DNA from: Octopus sinensis
Lineage: Eukaryota
Direction of reading: 5' to 3'
Length of the DNA stretch: 64,000 nt
NCBI RefSeq assembly: GCF_006345805.1
Contig: NC_042998.1
Coordinates: 204,848,001-204,912,000 of the forward strand
Shown here in pieces: positions 1 to 14,074 of this stretch. The notes beneath the pieces are model-generated. The model worked only from the letters and a program-made list of their open reading frames with translations, was not told where the DNA came from and ran no database searches. Numbering within the stretch: position 1 is the stretch's first letter; the number at the start of each line of letters is the position of its first letter. The translations under genes were made by a program, and so were the position numbers.

Positions 1-19
1 ACCATCAGATGTTGTTATA

Positions 20-212
20 CGTTGCTGGTCACAGTGCGCTTCCAAGTCTGTCTTGATTGCACAATTCTTTTCCTTCTTGACCCAATCTTCCCATCATCAT
101 GAAGGCCTTCCAAGTGGCCCTTTTCTGATCTCTTGGATACCACTTGCCAACTGCAGGGGTCCCCCTGTTGTCTGTGAACCTTGCGACATGTTTGGTCCAG
201 TGGGAGAGTCAA
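20..212 (-). mobile_element. RTE-type LINE ORF2 C-terminal remnant
   Basis: WTKHVARFTDNRGTPAVGKWYPRDQKR resembles the RTE motif WAGHVARRTDNRW...WYPR..KR. Confidence 0.6.
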
Positions 213-1339
213 TATAATTGAGAAAATATAGGAATAATGTCTTAAAAGCTAAAACAATATTACTATATATGCTCACTTATATTGAACCAACCCCTGTATA
301 TGACTGGTATTTTAGTGATTCTGGAAGAATGAAAAGCAGAAAAGCAAAGTTGTCTCTGATGGAATTTGAACCTACAACGTAAAGGGCAGCAACTAAAATC
401 TCCACCAAGCACTTTACTGCTCCTGCCAAATCAATAATTTTTCATTAAGAAAAACATTAATCAGTAATTTAGGCAGAAAAAGGTGTTATGTTTGAAGGAA
501 GTACCCCAGTAATTAACTGGTACCTTTTTGTATATATTAATTCCCTGTCAGATGCAAGACAAAGTCAAGCTTGACAGGAAATAACTAATTAAATGTTTTT
601 TACTGCTTCTCAGTAAGTCGCCATCTGGTTCACCAGCCCTCAGTCAAATCGTCCAACCCATGCCAGCATGGAAAGCGGACGTTAAACGATGATGATGATT
701 TGCTGACACATATCTTCTGCCAATGAGTTAATATCACCACCACCACCACCACCACCACAGGTCCATTTACATTCCCACACCATGTACAATAGGCTTCTGT
801 ACAGTTTCCGCCAACCAAATTCCATTCAGCAGAAAGGCGTCAACTTGAGGTTCCATAAGAAGATTCTTAGCCAAGTGATGTGCAGTGGGATTGAACCTAC
901 TCTGTATGAAACTGCAGCTATCAGTCGAAAAGATTGTCTGTTCCCACCCAGGTACATAACACTGTCCTGGTTAAATGTCCATAACCTGAACATTTAACTG
1001 ACAAAATATCCCTGTTCTCCAGACTGGGATGTTGCACACACATTCATATCCACAAACAATATTTCACATTAAGCTTCATGGAAACCTCCGTGTTCAACAA
1101 AACAACAGCCAAATCTTCTTCATACCACACTCTACTATCTAAAGAAAGGAAGGATACCCTGAATAATGAAGTCCTACAGATAGTCTACACCTGAAATCAA
1201 GACAGGATGGTCACAGCTGGAACGGTCTGTTTGACCAGATTGATCTATTGTCAAACAGTAGCGACAATAATTCTAACTCCATGTCTTGTCAAAATTGTTT
1301 GTTAGCAAATGCAGAAGAAATAATTTAAGAAGAACCAAC

Positions 1340-1487
1340 CTCAACAAAGTCCAGTTTTCAGAATGTCTTTCAGACAAGTCTGTCGTTCCTGAATTAGCAA
1401 ACAGCTGGTCACGGCTGCTGAACAGAGATGCCAGCGAGGCCGGCATTTCTGTGTTGCTTGAGGATTCAACTTTCTTCAAATAAACAT
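1340..1487 (-). CDS. PTPN13: Coding exon 21 (last exon seen; gene continues left)
   Basis: 148 nt, phase 1 to 2: [30 protein letters not shown]...NWTLL; TTCCAG acceptor, AG|GTTGGT donor. Confidence 0.78.
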
Positions 1488-4400
1488 CTGGAAGATATAA
1501 AGTATGATGTGGAGAGCTTGTTAAGATAGGGAGAAGGAAGAGTATACCTAAGTAATAGCACTTCTACAGAGAGTGAGGGACCGTAGTCGTTTCTGGAGAG
1601 AATAAAGGAAAGTTACAAATTCAAGGAAGAGTAAAAGTAAAACAGAGTTTTGATAATTACATAATTAACGAGAGAGAGAGATAAATGACATCGTTAACCT
1701 TTCTCACTGCCCAGAATTATCTCACTTGACAGACATCTTTCATCCTTACTATCCTTCTCCATCCACATTTTACATTGAGCATCCTCCCCACTTCTGAGCC
1801 ACTAAATTATCTCTCTCTCTCACTCACTCACTCACCCCACACACTATGCCTGACTCTCTCCCTATCTCACCCCCTCATCTTTCTCCTGTCTAATGTGTTG
1901 ACATTCCCATTCTGCTGCTCTTCAATTCCCTCACCCCTCACTACATCCAATCCTCAACACTTGTTTGTCGTTCATTATATTCCTCCACATTCCTTATCTC
2001 TCCTATACACCCTAACAACCTTCTCTCACCCACATTCCCAGCTCCCTGTCCCCACTTCTACTTCATCGCTATTATTTTTACCTCTTCCTTGCTCCACCTC
2101 AATCACACCCCTGCCATGTGGCCTCTCTTCTGTAAGAAATCTGTTTTGCTCTGGCCCCTTATCTCACGCTTTGACCCCTCATTTCCCCTTATAAAGCCAT
2201 CTCACTTGGAGCTCATAGTCTTGCAAGCTGCATGCCAACCTCACTGGTGCTGGAGGCAGAAAAGTGGTGAGCTGGCAGAATCGTTAGCACGCTGGGCGAA
2301 ATGCTTAGCAGTATTTCTGAGTTCAAATTCCGCCGAGGTCGACTTTGCCTTTCATCCTTTCAGGGTCGATAAATTAAGGACCAGTTACGCACTGGGGTCG
2401 ATGTAATCGACTTAATCCGTTTGTCTGTCCTCTCTGTGTTTAGCCCCTTGTGGGTAGTAAAGAAATAGATATGAAAAAAGCACCCAGTACACACTGTAAA
2501 GTGGTTGGTGTTGGGAAAGGCTACTAGCCATAGAAACCCTGCCAAAGAAAGACATTGGAACACGATGTGGTCCTTGAACCAGTCAAATCCTGCCAAACTG
2601 TCCAACCCTGCCAGCACAGAACATGGGCATTAAAGGCTGTAAACTCTACAGAGCATCAGCTGTAGACAAACATACAATTGAACTTTCAACAGACTCAAAT
2701 ACTGAGAGGAACAGGAGCCATACGTCCATCTTTGGTGATTCAATGCAATTAGGAACGTGCAAAGAATTCATGGAACTGGAAGACATCTAAACCAGAAGTT
2801 TCCAAATTATGCATTGCAACTCCAAACTGGATCATGGTAGAATTCTGGAAAGGGCAGCAAGACATTTTTTGACTTTTGAAATGTTTGATAAAATGTGAAA
2901 CATCCATGAAGGACTGGATGCAGACACTAGTGAGACTGTTGAATCTAGAAATAGCAGCAAAATCACGTCTTCCACCTTAGAAAAGAAGGACACGTTGAAT
3001 AATGCAACCTAGGTAAACTATGCCTCATTGAAGATACACACAACTAAAATGTTTGGTGTTGATCCAGAACTAAACAACAACAACAACAGAGTGGAGGCGC
3101 AATGGCCCAGTGGTAAGGGCAGCGGACTCGTGGTCAGAGGATCTCGGTTTTGATTCCCAAACCGGGCGTTGTGTGTGTTTATTGAGCAAAAACACCTAAA
3201 GTTCCACGAGGCTCTGGCAGGGGGTGGTGGCGACCCCTGTTGTACTCTTTCGCTCCAACTTTCTCTCACTCTTTCTTCCTGTTTCTTGTCCCCGACTTCC
3301 TACGCAACCGCTGAGCCTGGATGCGCATTCATCCATCCATTGATGCTTTCGGTGTCAAGGTTTAACCTGCTTTCTTTTCTGTGGGTTTTACTAATAGCAA
3401 AGGACCACATTTCGGACTTCTCCCACTAAAGGGATGAAGACCGCTTCGCTCAACAAACAAACAAACAAAACAACAACAACAACATTGGTAATTTCGATTC
3501 TGGAGAATATTCTTACCTTTCATTGAAGGTATTTTCTTTGTAAGGACTTGGGAAGGTCTTGTGGGAAAGAAGGTCTGCTTTATTCCGTTTGAAAACCTGT
3601 CTTTAGAATCCTCTTGTGGTTTATCTGTAAGTTCTGCTGAAGTAGTATGGTTTGTATCAGGGAGGATGGACTCGTCTTCAGTTTGGTAAATGGAATTAAA
3701 GATGTTGGGAGTTGAGACGTGATGTTCCGGAATGTAAGAGCGATCAAAGTAAGATTTAGTCACAGAAGATTTGGGTTTAAGATGTTTTGTAGAATCCAAA
3801 CCATCGGTGCTACTCGACAGAGCCCTAGATGGTTTTATGCTAAGTTTGAGACAGGAAGAACTTGCTGGTAATTTAACATCGGAGACGCTTGAAGTCGGAG
3901 AAGTGTGGTCTTTTACTGGAGATGTCTGAGATCTCTGGAACAGCAACAATTTCACAGTTGGCCGTTCATTTTGCCGTATCCTATTAAGGACACCTTTACA
4001 GCTAAGACCTTTTACAGGGATTCCATCAACAGCAAGAATTTGGTCATTACATTGCAACAGTCCATCGCAATCAGCAGGACCTTTTGGCTGGATGGAATGC
4101 ACAAAGATTTCTCCGGCATCAACACTGTCCTTCATACTCTTTTTGGTGAGATCTATGCCAATACTACCAGAAAGATCTTTCTCTAGAATGACTTCTTTGA
4201 ACTTTCTGTTTTCGGCACCACCATTATCACGACTGTCATAGACACAGATTCCTTTTTCAGGAGAAATATCACAGACAGATGTGCTAGTGGTGGTGCCTGG
4301 GCTGGTTATTGATGAGGGAGGGATTAAAGGAGGAGGAGATGAGGATTTCGGGGAAATTTTAGCTGCAAATAAAGAAAAAGGAAAAACACAAAAAAATTAG

Positions 4401-7400
4401 ATAAAAATAATGAATTTCAAGATTAAAATATATTTGTAATGGTTAACGAATAAACGAGTGAAGCAGAATATTAATTGTTGGACGGAGGCAGTGAGAGGTG
4501 ACCGAGAGACCCTTGGTGATAAACTGTGCTTGTGTTGTCCTGTCAAGCTGAGACTGAAGTTGTGGCCAATGCTGGTGTCAGGTCAGTGGCACCCATGCTG
4601 GTGGCACGTAAAAGCACCCACTACACTCTCGAAGGGGTTGGCATTAGAAAGGGCATCCAGCTGTAGAAACTTTGCCAAATCAGCCTCCCTTCTTACCAAT
4701 TTTCACTCAAACTGTCCAACCCATGCCAGCATGAAAAGTGGGCATTAAACGATGATCATCATCATCATGATCATGATATAAAATAGTCATTTATTTATTA
4801 TCATCATCGTTACAACCTAAAGTGTCTTTAGTTCTATAGTCTGTTGTGTGTGGTAATTAGTTTCATGTGTGTAAGATGGTTAGAGAGAGAAAGGGTAAGA
4901 GAATCTAGGTAAGTAGGAGTGAGAGCTGTGTTGTGGCGTGGATGAGAGGCCATACTTGAAGAAAGAAACAAAGATGCTTTCTGATCAGAGGCCAAAGGCT
5001 AATGAGGTACTTTCTTAGACAGCACTCGTCTGGAACCCAAGCCCTTATGTATTTTCTGTGAATGTTCACTGATAAGATGTTATCAATCAACATTAACCAC
5101 ATCAATCATGCCAGTCTTGGGTGACCTTTAATAGTGAAGGTCACATCCCCCCCCACACCCTATCATCCTCACTTAACTATAAAACTCTCAGAGAAAACCA
5201 CTTTCATTGAAATAAAATCATTAAATCTTGTACAAAATAATTCTAGGGTGCCAATCCAAGCGTGATTGTTGCCAGAGCAGCCAACTGGCTTCCGTGCTGG
5301 TGGCACGTAAAAGGGCACCATTCGAACGTGATCGTTACCAACGTCGCTTCACTGGCACCTGTGCTGGTGGCACGTGTAAAAAGATTCGAGCAAGGTCGTT
5401 GCCAGTACCGCCTGACTGGCCCCCGTGCCGGTGGCACGTAAAAAGCACCCACTACACTCTTGGAGTGGTTGGCGTTAGGAAGGGCATCCAGCTGTAGAAA
5501 CTCTGCCAGATCAAGATTGGAGCCTGGTGCAGCCATCTGGTTCACCAGTCCTCAGTCAAAATCGTCCAACCCATGCCAGCATGGAAAGTGGACGTTAAAT
5601 GATGATGATGATGTTAAGATTCTTCATATCAATCTTTCCAAATCTACACCCCCTTCCCCACTCCATCTCCCTACTGCTGTTCCCCACCCCTATTTCTTTC
5701 ACCCTCCTCCCCTTCATACATTTACCATCAACTAAACTGCCACCGTTCTTCCTCGTTTACTAAATCCACCTGTAACCCTCATCCCTAATGAACCATCACT
5801 CTCCCCTCACACCCAAATGAATTTATTCCCCCACCCTTCCAAATTCTCTTCTACCCATCCTTTGAAAATATGTTCTGACACCTCACCCCCAGCATCTTCG
5901 TCTTTCCACCAATTCCTTCTACCCAACCTTTATATAATGGGGGGCAACCATGGATCTCACCAGTTTCTGTCTCTCTACCACACTTTAAACTCTTGTCACC
6001 AGGCATAAAGCCACCCCCACCACACGCACACAGTGGAGAGGGTCTTGTCTCGCAACTTGGCAACCTTGCTTGTGCTGGGGGCCATGAAAATAGCAGCACC
6101 CAGCACACTCTGTGGTGTGGTTGATGTTAGGAGAGGCATCCTGTCCTAGAAACCATGCCAAAACAGACATTGGAGCTTGGTGCAGCTCTCTGGCTTGTTG
6201 GATGCTGTCAATCCATCCAACCCATGCAAAAATAGACGTTAAATGATGATGAGATGTGTATCTATATTTCCAAGGAAAAGTCGACCAAGGCAAAGTTGAC
6301 TTTGGTGGAATTTGAACTCAGAACGTTTGTCTGTCGTTACGTTCTGAGTTCAAATTCTGCTGAGGTTGACTTTGCCTTTCATCCTTTCGGGGTCGATAAA
6401 TAAAGTACCAGTTACGCACTGGGGTCGATGTAATCGTCTTAATCCCTTTGTCTGTTCTTGTTTGTCCCCTCTATGTTTAGCCCCTTGTGGGCAATAAAGA
6501 AATATATATTTCCAAGGAAGGCAGTATTTCCCCATGGCCAGAAATGAGCTTGCAGATTCCAGACCCTTTGTTCCATCAATGTAGACAGGAACCTAAATAA
6601 TCTTCACAGCAAAACTGAAATGGTTTCCATTGACCGAAAACAGGAAGATGTTTATTGAGAGATTATGGAGGGAGGCGCTACTGAATTGGTGAGGATGATC
6701 AGAGCAGAAACAGGTTTGCTACGTAGCTGGATGTAGAAGAAGAGAGGGAGACAAGTCTGCAGCCGAATGAAATTAGCCTCTGCTGAAATATGAAGTGTGT
6801 TGTCTGAACTAGACAAAGGTAAGGTATAAATAGCAGGCCGAGTGCAGAGTTTGCACCTGAAGCAGTTCAATAATGTCTTGCATCCAATCAGAAGTGATTG
6901 GGACAGCAGCAGCAGCAGCAGTGTGAAAAATCTATTCTTTAACAATAATGGAGTGAAAACCCGAAATGGGGGATTGCCAGATTCCCAATTACAGTTTTAG
7001 AACAAAGGGAAAATAAAAAAGAATGATCTCTCCAGAGAAGATGAGAAATATGAATTGGGAAGTAGGGGGAGGAGAGATTGAGTGCAGGGGTTGATTGCCC
7101 AGCCGTCTCCTTTATTTTATTGATCAAGTGAAAACCTGTACAGACACAAATATTGGTTTGAAGCTGAAGACTCATTGTTCAAAGAACAAAGAATTTTTGG
7201 CAGCTCCACTTAAAACAAAGTCATCCGGACAGAAAAAATATTTTGGCTGGAATTTGGAAATAACAGAAATAAACGATGAGGGTCAAACAGGCTTTAATTG
7301 ATCAAAGGACATCGTTAAGTCCAGATGTAAGCAGTTGCCCAATCATGTGGTCTTGGGTTCAGTCTCACTGTATCACACCATGGGCCGGTGTCTTCTACTG

Positions 7401-10400
7401 TAATCTCAGGCCAGCCAAAGTATTGTGAGTGAATTTGGTAGATGGAAACTGAAAGAAGCTGGTCATACATGCGTGTGTGTGTGTGTGAAAGAATGTGTGA
7501 CCAGAGTAGGAAAAAGTTTTATAATGCTACTCTCGGAGTGGTTGGCGTTAGGAAGGGCATCCAGCTGTAGAAACTCTGCCAGATCAAGATTGGAGCCTGG
7601 TGCAACCATCTTGTTCGCCAGTCCTCAGTCAAACCGTCCAACCCATGCTAGCATGGAAAGCAGACATTAAACGATGATGATGATGACCTTACTACTTTAG
7701 CTTTCCCACAAAACAACATCTAGTTATCACCAGTAATGACTTTATGAGCTCACAATTAAATGATAGTTCTCTGTCTATAAATTAAGAATCAATCATTACC
7801 CTCATCATCCTCATTTAACATCTGCTTTCCATGCTGGCATCGGTTGGACGGGTCGACAGAGGCTGGCAGAGCTGAGAGCCATACCAGACTCCATTTGTCT
7901 GCTTTGGCATGGTTTCTATGGCTGGATGTTCTTCGTGGTGCCAACCGCTTTACACAGTGTATTGGCTACTTTTTATGTGGCACCATCACAATTGCATTTC
8001 ACCTGGCACCAGCATCAACAGGGTGACCAAATACCTTCTGTTCAATGAATTATGATTTTGTTAGTAGGGTTTCATCATCATCATCGTTTAACATCCATTT
8101 TCCATGCTAGCACGGGTTGGACGGTTCGACCGGGATCTGGGAAGCCAGGAGGCTGCACCAAGCTCCAGTCTGATCTGGCAGTGTTTCTACAGCTGGATGC
8201 CCTTCCTAATGCCAACCACTCCGTGAGTGTAGTGGGTGCTTTTTACGTGCCAGGGGAGGCTGGCAGCGGCCACGATCGGTTGATGTTTTATGGTTTCATC
8301 GGCACAGAAACCAGTCAAGGCGGTGCTGGCATCGGCCACGTTTGGATGGTGCTTTTTACATGCCACCAGCACAGGTATCACAACTACAATTTCCATTTGA
8401 TATTTATTTCGATGTTGATGTACTTGACTCAATAGGTCTCCCCAAGCACAGCAGGTCACCCTACGATCCAAGGTAAGCACAGCAGGCCGTCCTGCAATCC
8501 AAGGTACTTTGGATGGGCTGGGGCTGCTATGCGAAACTGGTGCAGGAAATAGCCATGAACTCAAAGAAAAAATTATAAAAAAGCTGATACAGATGTAAAG
8601 TGAAGTACAAGCAAATAATTGTTGTGGTTTTACAAAATTATTGAAGTTTACTTGTCAAGAATAAGCAAATATTCATAGTTTGTTTTACTTGATATTGTCT
8701 ACACAATATCTTATTTCTTAATTAATTTTGAAAATATCTAATAATTTAGAGTTATTTAATAACAAACTATAGTTGTCATGACTACACTAGGGTTTGGAAG
8801 ACAAATAAATAATTCTTTTGTAAAATTATAATGAGAGTTTTTAATTAAATAACAAATTCTTTTAAAATAAGGTGTTGTTTCAAGTGGGCTGAAAGCAAAT
8901 ATATTAATTTTGCTGGTTTTTTTTTTTAAATTGTCAAACAAAAAGAAAAGAAAAAAAGAAAAATGTTAAAGAGAAAAGCAAAGCAGAAAAGGGTTTGCAT
9001 TTGACGGAAGAAAAAAGAGGAGAAATATAATATTAATGTAGAGAGAGAGAGGGGGGTAGAGAGATAGGGAAAAAATCAGGGAAAGAGAGAGAGAAAGGGG
9101 GAGAGGCAGAGAGAGATAAAGAGAGCGAGTGTTACAAACCTAGATTAGAAGACTTGGTTTCATGCAAACATGCAATAATGTTATCTTTGACAAGATCTTC
9201 CGACTCTGCAACTTGTTTGGGGTTAGATTCCAGACTACTGCCAGTAAATAGATAAAACAAGCTGGTTAATAGAGGAGATGGGTAGCTGATGTTCTTGCTT
9301 AAGGCTTCCTTCATGACACCTACATCTTCCATGATCTGACAACAGAGCTTTTATAGAGTTGCCCGACCTGCTAGAAATAGCAACTAAATCTCCATCATAC
9401 CTTTTCTTAAAAGGACAGAAAGCACAATATCCTTCACATTGCGTGGTAGACTTAGCCCTTTTAATACCAACCCCTCTGACTCTTGGTTCAGGTCAGGTGT
9501 GGGAGACTGTGCAATTGCATTACTGCATTTGCCAGTTGTCAGGCAGAGTTGCAGTGAGACCCTGTTTCTGTGAAGGTACTTCCTCATCTGCCATGGCCAT
9601 GTGGCACCTGATCAACCAACATGAGCCATAACCATCCTGTCTTTTTAGGAATTTCCTAATCTCTATTAACCAATATATCCTTTCCCTGAAGGGGTGTGAT
9701 TTGAGGGAGATTTGGCCACTAGAAATAGCAGTTAAAGCGTGTCAAAAGAGATTTGGCTGTTGTTTCTAGCTGGTTGAGAGACAACATAGAGATTTCCCCT
9801 CTTAACTCCCAAAGTTGTCGGAAATAATGTTTGGAACATCATGGCCGCAATATATGAGACTCACCTTTGCTAACAATCGGGTGTCTTGGACTTTTTTTGA
9901 ATTTAAAAGAGGAAAATGAAGAGGAAATTTTCCGTTCAGTCAAAAATGGATGAATTTTTCAAAACCTGGTTAAATATTTAAACGAAAAGCCTCACAACTG
10001 GAGACAACAGCCACAATTACTCGGGCACCATTGTTAGATGTAGCGTAGAGAGTACAGTGTAGCTGTACTCTGCATTGCAGTAACAATGTACTCTACATAT
10101 TTCATCAGTGTCACAACCGTGACTGATGCAGAGGACCTCTATGTGGACATTCCACCTGCTAGAAATAGTAGCAAAGTTAAAAGTATTCCTGAGCAATTTT
10201 GAGAAACTCTTTTAATGCCAGACGATCAGCATCAACAACAAATAGTAATTGAATCAAAGAATTTGCCAGTTTAGTGAAAAAGTCTCACATTTTTGGACAA
10301 ACAACCAATTCACTTTTCTTATCACTTCCACTGCTGAGTATCTGACCACTCCATTGAGAGATCTGCATTCCAAATACTAGATTCTTCCATTCCTCATGCC

Positions 10401-13400
10401 AACCAAACTTAACTTATTGGTTTCCATTCTTTGTGCTAATCCAACTTATAATCTTTAATCTTTTTTGTTTTGGGGTGGGTTGGTGGGTGTCAGGTGTTAG
10501 CCAAGTTATGGATCAGATTGAACAGGCATAAAATAAAGAGCCAAAGCAGCCGGACTTACCACATCGGTGCTGGAACTCCAAATGATTCTGGTTGGAAATC
10601 ATAACTAGGAATTGATGTATTCATCTGGAAGTACAACAAAATTTTAAGTTCAATTTTTGGCATTTTTACCAATTACTATGGGAGGTCAAAACAAGTCAAC
10701 ATTAAACACACAAATATATCTATCTATATATATATATATATATGACAGGTTTCTTTCAGTTTCCATCCACCAAATTCATTCTCAAGCCTTTGGTCGACCC
10801 AAGGCTATAGCAGAAGACACTTGCCTAAGGTGCCACACACAAGGACTGAACCTGGAATCTTGTGATTGAGAAGCAAACTTCTAAACACACAGCCACAAAA
10901 ATTATCATAGTTCCAACATCCACATCTCCATGCTTCCATGGATCAGACAGAATTTGTCGAAGCAGGTTTTCTACAGCCAGATGCCTTCCCAGTCACCAAC
11001 TCTCACCTATTCCCAAGGGAGGTAATATTTTCCCACATGGCCAGACAGGTTTCCAAGGAAGACTGGAAATGAACAACACTGCTTATATGACAGTGATGCT
11101 CATTTACAACCATCGCATCATGTCTAGACAAGGCTACACACAGACACACACAAATACACATAAAAAAAAATTCTTTCAGTTTCCATCTACAGAGGCTTTG
11201 GTCAACCTGGAAGACACTCACCCAAGGTGCCATGCAGGGGGACTGAACCTGAGACCATAGGGTTGGGAAGCAAATTTCTGGACAACGCAAACAACTGGAA
11301 AAAAAAGGTAAAAGAAATAAAAATATAAAGGAATTTCATATTTACTTCGGAATTTCCAAGACTGAGAGATTCTTCATCGCAGTCGTCAGCATCCGCAAAT
11401 TCTATGTCAGCAAATGGTGGAGGATCCACTGGGAAGAGAAAGGAAGAGAATCATTAGAAATATACCAAAAATTTCGTGAACCATTTTGGTATGAAACGAC
11501 AGTGGACGCCTGGACAGTCGTTCAACCGACTAGAAATAGCAGTCAAATATCAACCTTAAAGAAGGAGAGATTAAAAAACAAATTTTTTTGTCCTGGGTAT
11601 GCAACTTCTGGAACAAGACTGTTCTGACGACCAAATTCCATTCATGAAACATTGGTCAATCTGAATCTATGGCGGAGGTGCTGTGCAGTGGGACTGATCT
11701 CAGACCTATGGGATTACAAAGTGAACTTCTCAACCAAACAGTTGTGTCTGTTAGACATTTCTTTGATGTAAAAAAGGTAAGACACAGTAGAGTCTAAGGA
11801 AACTACTGATGGTTGGCACCAACAAATTCTAAGTAAAAATCATTTCCAAAGAGTATAAAGACGTCGTCATCCATTCACTAGTTCTGTGACAATACCCTTT
11901 AATTAGACCAAAATATTGGGTCTTGGTACTCTGGGAAAGGTATTTATATTGTTGGTAGAATCACTTACCTGATTTGATGTCTTGTGAGTCAAAGCCCAGC
12001 TCTTGGTTTATCTTGAGCTGGAATTTGTGTTGATCTGTGGATAACTGAAGTAGGTAGCGCCCTCTGTAAAATCAAAACAAAATATTATTTAAATATATAT
12101 TTATTATATTAACTCTGCAGATATATACGTTTACAATTTTAGTATAAGTATATTGGTAAAAAGAGTTCAACAGATAAGTGGATGTGTCCTAGTGACACTT
12201 TTGAACTGATCTAAATACGGCAGACATAGAAACCCCTAGACTTTGGGAGCAGTGCTTCCTTATAAGAAAGGACTTTGACCATCATAACCCTTCCAACTCA
12301 TACCAGCATGGAAAACAGAAATAAAATGATGATAAAATAACTTCCGTCTAGGAAGGGCATCAAGCTGTAGAAATCAGGCCAAAGCAGGCACTGGACACTG
12401 GGTGCAGTCCTTGACTCATTGGATCTGAGTCAAACCATCCAACCCATGCCAGTACGTGGTACATGGACATAAAATGATGATGATGATGTTCTATTTTGAT
12501 CCAACCTTAAAGTTAATGTCATTCCCCATTAAAACTCAAGTTGTAATGTATTGGATACAATAAGTTCATCATCATCATCATTATTGACTGGCTCCCGTGC
12601 TGGTGGCACGTTAAAAGCACCATTCAAGTGTAGTCGATGCCAGAACCGCCTGACTGGCCCTCGTAAAAAGCACCTGCTACACTCATGGAGTGGTCGGCAT
12701 TAGGAAGGGCATTCAGCTGTAGAAACCTTGCCAGATCAGATTGGAGCTTGGTGCAGCCTTCTGGCTTGCCAGCCCTCAGTCAAACCGTCCAACCCATGCC
12801 AGCAGGGAAAGCGGACGTTAAATGACGATGATGATGATTATTATCCAAGACGTTGAGCTGGCAGAATCATTAGCACACAGGGTAAAATGCTTAGCAGCAT
12901 TTCATCCATTCTGAGTTCAAATCCTGCAGAGGTTGACTTTGTCTTTCATCGTTTTGGGGTTGAAGAAATAACTGCCAGTTATACACTGGGATTGATGTAA
13001 TCAAGTAGCCCTATCCCCTAAAATTTCAGGCCTTGTGCCTATAGTAGAAAGGATTATTATTATCATCATCCAACATCCAAAGGCCCTACATACTCACACA
13101 CACAATCCTGCCCCCCCAAAAATGACAATGTTAATAACTTACTTTCTGTGACTGCTGGTGTAAAAGTGGGCCTTTGAGGCTTTGCCAGATAAACCTGGCT
13201 TCAACTGCACAGTGAAGCGTTTCCCTTTGAAGGACAATTTGTCAACCATTTCCCAAGGCTGCCGTTCCACAATCACTCGATCTTTCTTCAGGTTTTCAGC
13301 AATAATCATGCTGTGGGAACTGATGCCAATCCAAGACATACTGGACGGGTTTTCATTCTTTGTCTGGAAATACAAAATTTTATAAACAAACTTCTGGTAA

Positions 13401-13476
13401 AACATCGATGAAACAATGGCAGAATTTTCAAATTTTCCATTCTCCTTCTTATATATATATATATATAATCATCATC

Positions 13477-13517
<41 letters not shown>

Positions 13518-14041
13518 TTTAGCAGTGATGATGATATATATATACACCAAATATATACGTTTTATTAATTTTTTTGCAATTTACTTAATTATTGTTATTT
13601 TATTATTTTAATTTTAATATTTCTATTATATGTAATTTTCTAGATGGTGTAATTTAATTTTTCATTTTGAATTGATGAAAGGTGGTTTGTTTCTAATCTA
13701 TATATATATATATATATTATATTGTGTGAAAATTTATTTAGTATTTCTAAATTAAAAGCAGATATCTTAATAACACACATGCATGTAGGCTTAATAATAA
13801 ATGTTTAAGAATGGAAAAACAAATGGGTTGAGGAATTGAAGAGAAAGATAAAGAAAAGGGTGGGAAGGGGCGGATTAAGAAATACTTAAAGCATTTCGGG
13901 TTGAGAAATGTCAGTAAAACCAACCTTGTAGACTTTATGGAAATGAGTCCCATACTCAGGAAGTTCTTGGACCAACTACAAAGAGAAATTGAGGAAACTC
14001 CATGAATTGTTCAAGAGTTTTTATTAATGATGTTTTGAAAT

Positions 14042-14074
<33 letters not shown>

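Noticed and set aside
2640-2935. Possible RTE C-terminal remnant on the + strand
   Set aside because: Too degenerate to call from translation alone
3093-3170. tRNA-like sequences (also the heads of families B and D)
   Set aside because: A and B boxes only, no complete cloverleaf; they are SINE heads
8052-8564. Recurrent short ORFs with '[11 protein letters not shown]' or '[11 protein letters not shown]'
   Set aside because: Chance frames of the family A repeat, recurring wherever the repeat occurs
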